Shown here piece after piece: positions 1 through 9,262 of a stretch of DNA of 64,000 nt. The DNA is from a bacterium (GTDB lineage Bacteria > RBG-13-61-14 > DATKZS01), in the NCBI GenBank assembly GCA_963674965.2, contig CAXXFL010000007.1:416001-480000 (forward strand), read 5' to 3'. The notes under the pieces were generated by a model. The model was not told where the DNA came from and did not search any database. It saw nothing but the letters and a program-made list of their open reading frames with translations. The translations under genes and the position numbers were made by a program. Every line of letters begins with the position of its first letter. The first letter of the stretch is position 1.

Positions 1-10
1 TTTTCTTATC

Positions 11-48
11 AGGGGCGGGGGAACGACCCTCGCCCCTTTATTATTTTT
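11..48 (+). terminator. Rho-independent terminator-like hairpin
   Basis: AGGGGCG...CGCCCCT stem followed by TTTATTATTTTT. Confidence 0.6.
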
Positions 49-208
49 GCGGCCGGTTTTTAGTATAAAATCCTGAACCTCCACTTTATTTCCGATCATC
101 ATAATCAATGAGAGGAGTATTAAGTTCAAGGAAGTAATAAAAGCTCATGCCCTCGAGGCAAAAACGGTAAAAGCGTTTCTTTTCCTGGCTCTTATATACG
201 TCTTCTTC

Positions 209-841
209 ATGGGCGCTCCGGCGGGCGAGGCGAGGTCGTCCGCCGGCGGCGTTGTAATCCTTCCCATCGAGAGTTATTCCGATCCGGTTTGGGCGCGAAA
301 AGCGCATATACATCGAGCCAACGTCGCCAGGGTCCACGCGGGCATGATACAAAAACTGGGCCGGGACAACGTGCGGTTTCTCACCACCGAGGAGTCGGCG
401 GTGGGAGGGGTGGGATTCTGGAAGAACCCTCTTAACCGGCTGGACGACAAGCGATATCTCGGCGTTTTCGCCTACGTCAAATGCCCCGCGGGACGATCGG
501 ACTATGCCTATCGCGACGACCTGGGAGGACGCGTCCTCAAGATGTTCCACGCTTACGGACAGGACACCATCGAGATAATGTCCGGAGAGTTTAAAAGAAT
601 GAACGACCCCGACGTGTTAGGGGCCATGATTATCTTCGTCTATTGCCGGCCCGGCCTGAACGACCTCTCGGCGGACGAGGACCTCGAGGCCGTTGTACTG
701 TTCATGTCGCGGGACACCATCGATAATTTCCTCGGCCTCAGGATAACCACCCAGGAGATGTTCAACCGCAGCCTGGTATGGCCCGTTTTTCAAGGACCGG
801 AAAAAATCAAGATGCTCAGGCAGTTCGTGCTCCAGCCCTGA
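209..841 (+). CDS. Hypothetical protein, probably exported; N-terminus may be frameshifted (see findings)
   Basis: 210-aa ORF with protein-like composition; in-frame hydrophobic stretch (KTVKAFLFLALIYVFF) lies just upstream of the ATG. Confidence 0.55.
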   Translation: MGAPAGEARSSAGGVVILPIESYSDPVWARKAHIHRANVARVHAGMIQKLGRDNVRFLTTEESAVGGVGFWKNPLNRLDDKRYLGVFAYVKCPAGRSDYAYRDDLGGRVLKMFHAYGQDTIEIMSGEFKRMNDPDVLGAMIIFVYCRPGLNDLSADEDLEAVVLFMSRDTIDNFLGLRITTQEMFNRSLVWPVFQGPEKIKMLRQFVLQP

Positions 842-865
842 TCATTGCTTTCTTGCGGTGGATTT

Positions 866-1060
866 CCCGCATTTTGCAAAACTTTGGATGTACGACTCGT
901 GGCGGTCTGCAAACAAAACGCGGGCCAAAGCCAGAAGGGCTTTATCATGAATAGCCGTGGGCGCCAGCCTACGGGTGTCGGACAAGAAAGAGGGTCCGAC
1001 CCCCGCGGGGCCGAAATATCCATCCATTTCTTTCCGTAAGCCAATGGGCCTACGGCTATT
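866..1060. other. Structured intergenic region, candidate ncRNA or palindromic element
   Basis: Nested inverted repeats 866-876/914-924 and 950-962/1048-1060, with an internal GTCGGAC/GTCCGAC hairpin; lies between convergent genes. Confidence 0.3.
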
Positions 1061-1227
1061 TAAATCATTACCCCGCGGGGACATGGCGCATGAAAACATT
1101 TGCTCTTTGTTATTTTCGAAACCCTCTTTAACGGCTTATCCACCGATTAAACACGCGAAATTAATAAAAGCGGGACACATAAAAGCGACGACCAAAACGT
1201 CAAATGGGACCTCCTCGCGCGCTGGGA

Positions 1228-2154
1228 TCAATTGGCCTCATAGGGCCTTACGGTCACCCTGGTACCGATCTCGGCGAACTCCTGGTTTAGCCACTTGGCG
1301 TCGTCGAAGAAAAGGCGGACGCAGCCGTGGCTGGCGTGGCGGCCGGGAACCGTGTGATAGTGATGGAGCCCGTAGCCCGGATGGAAGCGCATGAAATAGG
1401 GGACGGGCGCGCCGCCGGCGGGCTTGTCCTTGGTGGCCCTCGGGTAGAGCCTCGACTTGGCCCCTCGGCCGTATTTCCTGCTGATCTCGAACTCGCCCAC
1501 CACGGTGAGGTTGTCCTTGATTACGTAGGCGCCCCAGTTGCGGCCCCCGGACACCGGACCCCAGCGCAGCAGGGTCCCGTCCTCCGCGTAGGCGGCAAAG
1601 GCCAATTGGGCAAGGTCTATGATGATAAGCTTCTCCCCCACCGGGGCGCCGTCGGGGCCGCAGGTCCAATCGCCCTTGGGCTTGCATTGACTCTCGCATA
1701 TCCGCTTATAGCTCGCGTCCCCATCCTCACAGTTCTCGCAAACCAGCCTGCAAACCGGCTCTCCCACCGGCTCGCACTCGAAGGGGAGCTTGGAGGGGAA
1801 AGGCGCGAAGTCCATGTAGGTCTTGCCCTCCATGTGGTTGGGAACGGCGATGACCATGCCCTTCTTAAGCCGCACGTTCATGCGGTTGACCTTCATCACT
1901 ATCACCCGCTCGCGCTCGTCCGGCCAAAGGCCCTCCCAGCTCTCGCGACCCGAGCGCCGGGCTGACTCCGCGCCGGCCTCCCTCGCGGCGTCGGGCGAAC
2001 CGATGGTAATGCAATGAAAATCCGGGTCGCCGCAATACCTCTCCCCATAAAGCGGGGGCTTGGGAATCGCGGCCAAAACGGGAAGGGAAAAAGCAGCGAT
2101 CAAAAAACCGGCGGCTAATCCAATTAAGCGTCTCTCCTTCAGCGACTCTCTCAT
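1228..2154 (-). CDS. L,D-transpeptidase (YkuD family), exported
   Basis: Signal peptide; YkuD catalytic motif GLHH...HASHGCVRL; SWxxLWPD...VNRMN...IAVP N-terminal segment; Cys-rich insert. Confidence 0.85.
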   Translation of the reverse strand: MRESLKERRLIGLAAGFLIAAFSLPVLAAIPKPPLYGERYCGDPDFHCITIGSPDAAREAGAESARRSGRESWEGLWPDERERVIVMKVNRMNVRLKKGMVIAVPNHMEGKTYMDFAPFPSKLPFECEPVGEPVCRLVCENCEDGDASYKRICESQCKPKGDWTCGPDGAPVGEKLIIIDLAQLAFAAYAEDGTLLRWGPVSGGRNWGAYVIKDNLTVVGEFEISRKYGRGAKSRLYPRATKDKPAGGAPVPYFMRFHPGYGLHHYHTVPGRHASHGCVRLFFDDAKWLNQEFAEIGTRVTVRPYEAN

Positions 2155-2325
2155 AAGCGACTCCTCTCGCGCGTGGAACGTAATAATAAACTACGGCATA
2201 TCGGCTGCTTAAAGAATAATATCAGATTCAAGGTGAGTCAATTGCGCGTAAATGGATTGTCAAAGCCCCAACTAAGGCCGATACGGGCCGGGAGGCCGAA
2301 GAATCGAATCGGCTAAATGACGCGT

Positions 2326-3237
2326 CTATTTGGCAGTCGCCTTGTCCCGCTCCGAGAGCATTTCCTCGAGCGTCTTGTCCTTTCTTGACCACAGGCCGTT
2401 GATCCAGTTCTGGAAGCTCTCGCGGTAAGCGGGGTCGCCGTCGTAGTCGCCGATGAGGTCGTCGGTCACGGGGATGCTGGATATCCTCATTGTCACGCGG
2501 TCCACCCCTCCGCCGAGGAAGTCCCAAAACTCCTTGGGCCCCTCGGGGTAGGCGATAGTCACGTCGAGGATGGCGGTAAGTCTTTCGCCCATGGCGGCCA
2601 GGACCAGGGCCACGCCGCCGGACTTGGGCTTTAAAAGCCGCTGGAAGGGCGAGCCCTGCTTCTCGCGTTTTTCCGGGGAGAAGCGGGTACCCTCGACGAA
2701 GTTCATGATGGATACGGGCGTGTTCCTGAAGCGCTCGCACGATTTCCTGGTGGTCTCCACGTCCTTTCCCTTGAGGTGGGGGTTCTTCTCGAGGAAGGAC
2801 TTGGAGTAGCGCTCCATGACCGGATAATCCAGGGCGTACCACACGAAGTTGAGCACGGGGAACCACATGAGCTGTTTTTTCAGGAAGAAGCGGAAGTAGG
2901 GTATGCGGTGGTTGAGAGCGTACTGGAGGGCGAGGATATCGGCCCAGGACTGGTGGTTCGAGAGAACCAGGTACCAGGAGTCCATGTTCAGGTCGGCGTC
3001 CACCCGTATGTCCCACTCCACCTTGCAGATGAGGTTGATGATCCTTCCGTTGTTGTCGGCCCATAGGGTGCAGATGGCGTTGAGCCACTTGTTGCAGAAC
3101 TCTCGGACCGCCGCTAAGGGAACGAGTATCTTGACGAGGGCGAAGGGCGTAAGGGGGACCATTAGCGCGAAGGTGTTGATCACCATAAATGAAAAGGCCG
3201 TCGCCGCGCGCCGTTTGGCGGGCTTTGTTTTGCTCAT
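2326..3237 (-). CDS. yihG: 1-acyl-sn-glycerol-3-phosphate acyltransferase family protein (YihG-like)
   Basis: NHQSWAD (HX4D) motif, FFLKKQL, FVEGTRF, LLKPKSGG. Confidence 0.8.
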   Translation of the reverse strand: MSKTKPAKRRAATAFSFMVINTFALMVPLTPFALVKILVPLAAVREFCNKWLNAICTLWADNNGRIINLICKVEWDIRVDADLNMDSWYLVLSNHQSWADILALQYALNHRIPYFRFFLKKQLMWFPVLNFVWYALDYPVMERYSKSFLEKNPHLKGKDVETTRKSCERFRNTPVSIMNFVEGTRFSPEKREKQGSPFQRLLKPKSGGVALVLAAMGERLTAILDVTIAYPEGPKEFWDFLGGGVDRVTMRISSIPVTDDLIGDYDGDPAYRESFQNWINGLWSRKDKTLEEMLSERDKATAK

Positions 3238-3358
3238 AATTTCGCTCCTCCGATTCCGTTTGGACTCAGTATAAAATCAAAGGAGGAAAGACGCCAGTCG
3301 CCGGCTTCCATGGCGGGAAAGCGGAAGGAAAGGAAACGCCGGCCGGTCCGGCCCGCTT

Positions 3359-4720
<1,362 letters not shown>

Positions 4721-4728
4721 CTAATCCG

Positions 4729-6327
4729 TTAATCCAGGTGGACCTGCCTCACGGAAATGATATGAGGCAGGGAACAAAGTTCCTCGATGACCGCCTCCTC
4801 GACGGGGGAGTCGACGTTGACCATGCAAAGGGCCTTGCCGTCCCGCCGTCCAAGCTGGAACCGGCCGATGTTGATGCCGCGGGCGCCGAGGGCGTTGCCC
4901 AGGTTTCCGATGACGCCCGGCTTGTCGTGGTTCCTGATCACCAGGATGGGTCCCTCCGGGATGGCGTCCATGTGGACCCTCCCCATCCGGACTATGCGGG
5001 GATACTTCTTGCCGAAGATGGTCCCTAAAATCTCGTCCGTCTCCTCCATGTCCTGGGCCCCCTCGAGCTTGACCCGGATCAGAGTGGTGTAGTCCTTGGT
5101 GTCGTGACTGGTGGTCGCGTGCACCTTGATGCCCTTGTCCTTGGCGATGGCCGGCGCCGAGACGAAGTTGACCGGCTCGTCCGTGAAGGCCCCCAGCATG
5201 CCCTTCATCACCGCGTTGGTCAGGGGCCTCGAGTCCATATCCGCCACCTTGCCGCTGTAGGTGATGGTCACGTCGTGGAGCTTCCTCGAGAGCTGGCCCA
5301 GAAGCGAGCCCATCCTGACGGCAAGGTCTATATAAGGACGGAGCTGCTCCATCTCCTCCCTCGAGACGGAGGGGAAATTCACCGCGTTCGAGATCACGCC
5401 GTTAATAAGATAGTCCGATATCTGGCGGGCTATCATCTCGGCCACCTTCTCCTGGGCCTCCTCGGTGCTGGCGCCCAGGTGGGGAGTCATGATCACGCTT
5501 GGATGCTGGAGGATTTTAAGCGACGGGTCGGGCGGCTCCTGGGGGAAAACGTCGAGGGCCGCGCCTGCCAGATGGCCGCTCTCGAGCGCGTCGTACAAGT
5601 CGTCAAGCACGACCACCTCGCCGCGGGAGCAGTTGATGAGTCTTGCGCCCTCCTTCATTCTGGCCAGGAAGTCCTTGTTGACCATGTCCTTGGTTTCCTT
5701 GACGCGGGGAACGTGGAGGGTGACGAAGTCCGATCGCGAGAGTAGCTCGTCCACCTCGACCATCTCGACGCCGAGGGACTCGGCCGCCTCCTCCTTCACG
5801 AAGGGGTCGTGGGCGATGACCTTCATCCGAAGACCCTGGGCCCGGGAGGCCACCACACGGCCGATGTTGCCCAGGCCGAAAACCCCGAGGGTCTTGCCCG
5901 TGACCTCGACCCCCATGAACTTCTTCTTCTCCCACTTGCCTTCCCGGAGGGATGCCGTGGCCTGGGGAACGTGGCGCGCCAGGGAAAGCATAAGGGCGAT
6001 GGCGTGCTCGCCCGTGGTGGTGGTGTTGCCGCCGGGGGCGTTCATTACCACCACGCCCCGGGCCGTGGCCGCCGCCGCGTCGATGTTGTCCACCCCGATG
6101 CCGGCCCGGCCGATGACCTTGAGGTTTTTGCCCGCGGCCAGGACCTCGTCCGTTATCCTGGTCCCGCTGCGCACGGCTACTCCATCGTATTCCCCGATTA
6201 TCTTGACCAGCTCGGAGGGGTCGTTGGTCTTCTTGTCAAAGTCCACCGTGACCTCGATCTGGCCGGTTTGCTCCATGATCTCCTTGGCCAGAAGGGCCAT
6301 CCCGTCCCTTATCATTACCTTAAACAT
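4729..6327 (-). CDS. serA: D-3-phosphoglycerate dehydrogenase (long form with ASB and ACT domains)
   Basis: RAGIGVDNID, GLGNIG, INCSRG, TPHLGASTEEAQ, C-terminal ACT domain; start moved to ATG 6327, which follows GGAGAGG. Confidence 0.95.
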   Translation of the reverse strand: MFKVMIRDGMALLAKEIMEQTGQIEVTVDFDKKTNDPSELVKIIGEYDGVAVRSGTRITDEVLAAGKNLKVIGRAGIGVDNIDAAAATARGVVVMNAPGGNTTTTGEHAIALMLSLARHVPQATASLREGKWEKKKFMGVEVTGKTLGVFGLGNIGRVVASRAQGLRMKVIAHDPFVKEEAAESLGVEMVEVDELLSRSDFVTLHVPRVKETKDMVNKDFLARMKEGARLINCSRGEVVVLDDLYDALESGHLAGAALDVFPQEPPDPSLKILQHPSVIMTPHLGASTEEAQEKVAEMIARQISDYLINGVISNAVNFPSVSREEMEQLRPYIDLAVRMGSLLGQLSRKLHDVTITYSGKVADMDSRPLTNAVMKGMLGAFTDEPVNFVSAPAIAKDKGIKVHATTSHDTKDYTTLIRVKLEGAQDMEETDEILGTIFGKKYPRIVRMGRVHMDAIPEGPILVIRNHDKPGVIGNLGNALGARGINIGRFQLGRRDGKALCMVNVDSPVEEAVIEELCSLPHIISVRQVHLD

Positions 6328-6341
6328 ATAATCCTCTCCGG

Positions 6342-7475
6342 TCAGTCGCCCAGGGCCTTCATAAGGGCCGCGCATCCGACTCCCGACTCGAACTTTTGTC
6401 CCACCCGGGCCAGGGTCTTCTCGAGCGCTCCCACCGTGACTAATAGGTCCCATTGGCTTACGTGGCCCATGTGGGAAATCCGGAAAATCTTGCCCTTGGC
6501 CTGGGCCTGGCCGCCCGCTATGGTCACGCCGTAGTCCTCCCGCATGATCTTCACTATCTTCTGGGCGTCTATCCCCTCGGGGGCCAGCACCGCCGTCAAC
6601 GCGTTGGAGGGAGCAGACGGCGCGTAGAGCTTAAGCCCGAGGGCCTCCATGGCGCTTCTGGTGGCCGCGGCCATGCGAGCGCTTTCGGCGTAAATGTTCT
6701 TAAAGCCAATTTCACGCATTCTGCCCAGGACCTCCCTGAGCCCGATAACCAGGGTAATGGGCGAGGTAAAGGCGCTCGAGTTCTCGGAGATTTTCTTGTA
6801 CTCCTTTCTGAAGTCGAAGTAGAACTTGGGAAGGTCCGACTCGTCCATGGCCTTCATGGCCTTCTCCGAGATGGCGGCCAGCGCGATCCCCGGCGGCAGC
6901 ATGAGCGCCTTCTGGCTGCCCGTGAGAAGTATGTCTATGCCCCACTCGTCAAAGGGAATATCGTATACTCCCAGGGCGGTGATGGCGTCCACGATGAGCA
7001 GGGTGTCCGTGCCCTTGGTGAGCTTGGCCAACTCCTCGATGGGATGGACCACGCCGGTGCTGGTCTCGGTGTACTGGACGAGCACGGCCCGGGCCGGCTT
7101 CTCGTCCATGGCCTTTTTCACGGCCGCCGCCTCAACGGCCTGGCCCCAGGTTACGTCGACCGGGACGGCCTCGACCCCGTAGGCCGCCGCTATCTCGCCC
7201 CACCTCTCCCCGAACTTGCCGCCGTTAACGTAAATCACGCGGTCGCTCTTGCGGCACACGTTAACCACCGAGCCCTCCATGGCCCCGGTGCCGGAACTGG
7301 CGATGATGATGGTTTCCCTTTTGGTGTTGAAAAGCTCTTTAAGACCCTCCCGCACCTCCGCCAGTATCCCCATGTACTCGGGATGGCGGTGGTGAATGAT
7401 GGGCATGGCCATGGCCATCAAGGTGCTCTCCGCCACGGGCGTAGGGCCCGGGGTCATCAGGTATTTCTTCTTCAT
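6342..7475 (-). CDS. Class V PLP aminotransferase (alanine-glyoxylate/serine-pyruvate family), probably acting as phosphoserine aminotransferase
   Basis: LMTPGPT, SGTGAMEG, ETSTGV, VDAIT, GSQKALMLPPG, FRISHMG; immediately upstream of serA. Confidence 0.88.
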   Translation of the reverse strand: MKKKYLMTPGPTPVAESTLMAMAMPIIHHRHPEYMGILAEVREGLKELFNTKRETIIIASSGTGAMEGSVVNVCRKSDRVIYVNGGKFGERWGEIAAAYGVEAVPVDVTWGQAVEAAAVKKAMDEKPARAVLVQYTETSTGVVHPIEELAKLTKGTDTLLIVDAITALGVYDIPFDEWGIDILLTGSQKALMLPPGIALAAISEKAMKAMDESDLPKFYFDFRKEYKKISENSSAFTSPITLVIGLREVLGRMREIGFKNIYAESARMAAATRSAMEALGLKLYAPSAPSNALTAVLAPEGIDAQKIVKIMREDYGVTIAGGQAQAKGKIFRISHMGHVSQWDLLVTVGALEKTLARVGQKFESGVGCAALMKALGD

Positions 7476-7504
7476 GACGCGCTCCTTTTTCGGTCAAAGG
7501 CTAA

Positions 7505-8782
7505 CTACGCCTTTTTCGTCTTTTTCTTTCTCGCCGTTTTTTTCACGGCCTTTCCCTTGCCGACGACTTTTGTCGAGCCGGAAAGGCGGGCGGCCCGGGT
7601 CTTGAGCCGAAGCCCCTGCAGCCGGATAAAGCCGGTGGCGTCGGCCTGGTTGTACCCTCCCTCCTGGTCGAAGCTGACCAGGGCCTCGTCGTAGAGGCTG
7701 TAGGGCGACCTTCTGCCCGTGACCATACAGTTACCCTTGTACAGCTTGAGGCGGGCCGTGCCCGTCACCCGCTCCTGGGTCTTGTCCACCAGGGCCTGAA
7801 GGGCCTCCATCTCCGGAGAGTACCAGAAGCCGTTGTACACCAGCCTGGCGTACTGGGGCATGAGCGAGTCCTTTAAGAACATGGCCTCACGGTCAAGCGC
7901 GACCGACTCGACCGCCCGGTGGGCCGCGAGAAGGGCCGTCACTCCCGGCGTCTCGTACACGCCCCGGCTCTTCATGCCCACGAACCGGTTCTCGACCATG
8001 TCCACCCGACCGACCCCGTGCTTTCCGGCGATCTTGTTCAGGGCGCCGAGCAGCCGGGCCGGGCTCATCTTCTTGCCGTCCACCGCCGTCGGGTTGCCCG
8101 ACTCGAAGTCGATGAGTATGGTCTGGGCCTTGTTCGGCGCCTTCTCCGGCGAGACGGTCATCTCGAACATGTCCTCCTTGTAGGCGTTCCACGGGTCCTC
8201 GAGCACGCCGCCCTCGTAGCTCACGTGCATGAGGTTCGCGTCCGAGCTGTAGGGCTTGGCCGCGGTCACGGGCACGGGAATGCCCCTCGACTTGGCGTAT
8301 TTAACCATCTGAGGCCGCGAGGTAAAGGTCCATCTCGAGTCACGCCAGGGCGCGATCACTTTTATCCAGGGCGTAAGGGCCGCCGCCGTCAGCTCGAACC
8401 TAACCTGGTCGTTGCCCTTGCCCGTGGCCCCGTGCGAGATATAGCCCGCGCCCTCCTTCTGGGCCGCCTCGACCAGCTTCTTGGCGATGATGGGACGGGC
8501 CAAAGAAGTGCCCATTAAATAGACGTCCTCGTACCGGGCGTTGGCCCGGAGCGCCGGGAAAACGAAGTCCCTTACGAACTCCTCCCTGGCGTCCACCACC
8601 AGGGACTTGATCGCCCCGGTCTTCCGCGCCTTGGCCTTGACCTTGGCCATGTCGTCGCCCTGACCCAGGTCCACGCACAAGGCTATCACCTCGAGCCCGT
8701 ACTCCTCGATCAGCCAGCGAAGTATCACGGAAGTGTCAAGCCCTCCCGAGTAAGCCAGCACTACTTTCTCTTTCTTAGACAT
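7505..8782 (-). CDS. argG: Argininosuccinate synthase
   Basis: [43 protein letters not shown]; start at ATG 8782 after GGAGGG. Confidence 0.97.
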   Translation of the reverse strand: MSKKEKVVLAYSGGLDTSVILRWLIEEYGLEVIALCVDLGQGDDMAKVKAKARKTGAIKSLVVDAREEFVRDFVFPALRANARYEDVYLMGTSLARPIIAKKLVEAAQKEGAGYISHGATGKGNDQVRFELTAAALTPWIKVIAPWRDSRWTFTSRPQMVKYAKSRGIPVPVTAAKPYSSDANLMHVSYEGGVLEDPWNAYKEDMFEMTVSPEKAPNKAQTILIDFESGNPTAVDGKKMSPARLLGALNKIAGKHGVGRVDMVENRFVGMKSRGVYETPGVTALLAAHRAVESVALDREAMFLKDSLMPQYARLVYNGFWYSPEMEALQALVDKTQERVTGTARLKLYKGNCMVTGRRSPYSLYDEALVSFDQEGGYNQADATGFIRLQGLRLKTRAARLSGSTKVVGKGKAVKKTARKKKTKKA

Positions 8783-8960
8783 GACGTTCCCTCCATCCAA
8801 ATCGTTTATTTTATGACAGGCGCCCCCACTAAGCAAGCCTCGATCGAGGCTTTAAAAGGAAAGGTTTTTGCGTTTTCAGTAATAGGGGCTAATGACGCGG
8901 CGGGATACCCCGCGCCCGTTACGCCTCCACTCTTAGGGTCCCCCATGCATTTTGAGCGGG

Positions 8961-9262
8961 ATGGCCCGGACAGCTACGATCCGGGCGCCGAAGGCGCGGG
9001 AAAGGGGGCCGGTGGCCCGGATAGCTTTTGCTATCTGGGCGCCGAAGGCGCGGGAAAGGGGGCTATGGTCCGCCGGGCGCTTACATAAGAATCCAACGGC
9101 TTTCGCCGCGCGGATAGGCGAGCTATCCGCGCCACCCACGGTTTCAGGCTTTCAGGGTCCCCCTCAGCCGTAGGGTCCCCCACGCATATTGCGTGGGCGG
9201 CGAAGCCGCGGGCTGAACGCTTACCCTTCCAAAGGACTTACTCTTTCCCCCCCCTTGCCCCG
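8961..9262. repeat. REP/REPIN-like palindromic cluster, copy A
   Basis: GTGG-CSCGGATAG-n-CTATCYGSG-CGSC-GAA(A)-GSCG units at ~8961-8998 (degenerate) and 9012-9051 (+) and 9097-9135 (-), plus a GTAG-led hairpin at ~9170-9215; near-identical to 24035-24284. Confidence 0.75.

Noticed and set aside
8813-9173. Short ORFs across the repeat clusters (also 23722-24387)
   Set aside because: They are translations of the palindromic repeats on both strands with no protein-like features
8961-9262. CRISPR array or integron attC sites
   Set aside because: Units vary in sequence and orientation, lack regular unique spacers and RYYYAAC/GTTRRRY cores, and no cas or integrase genes are present; REP-like palindromes fit better
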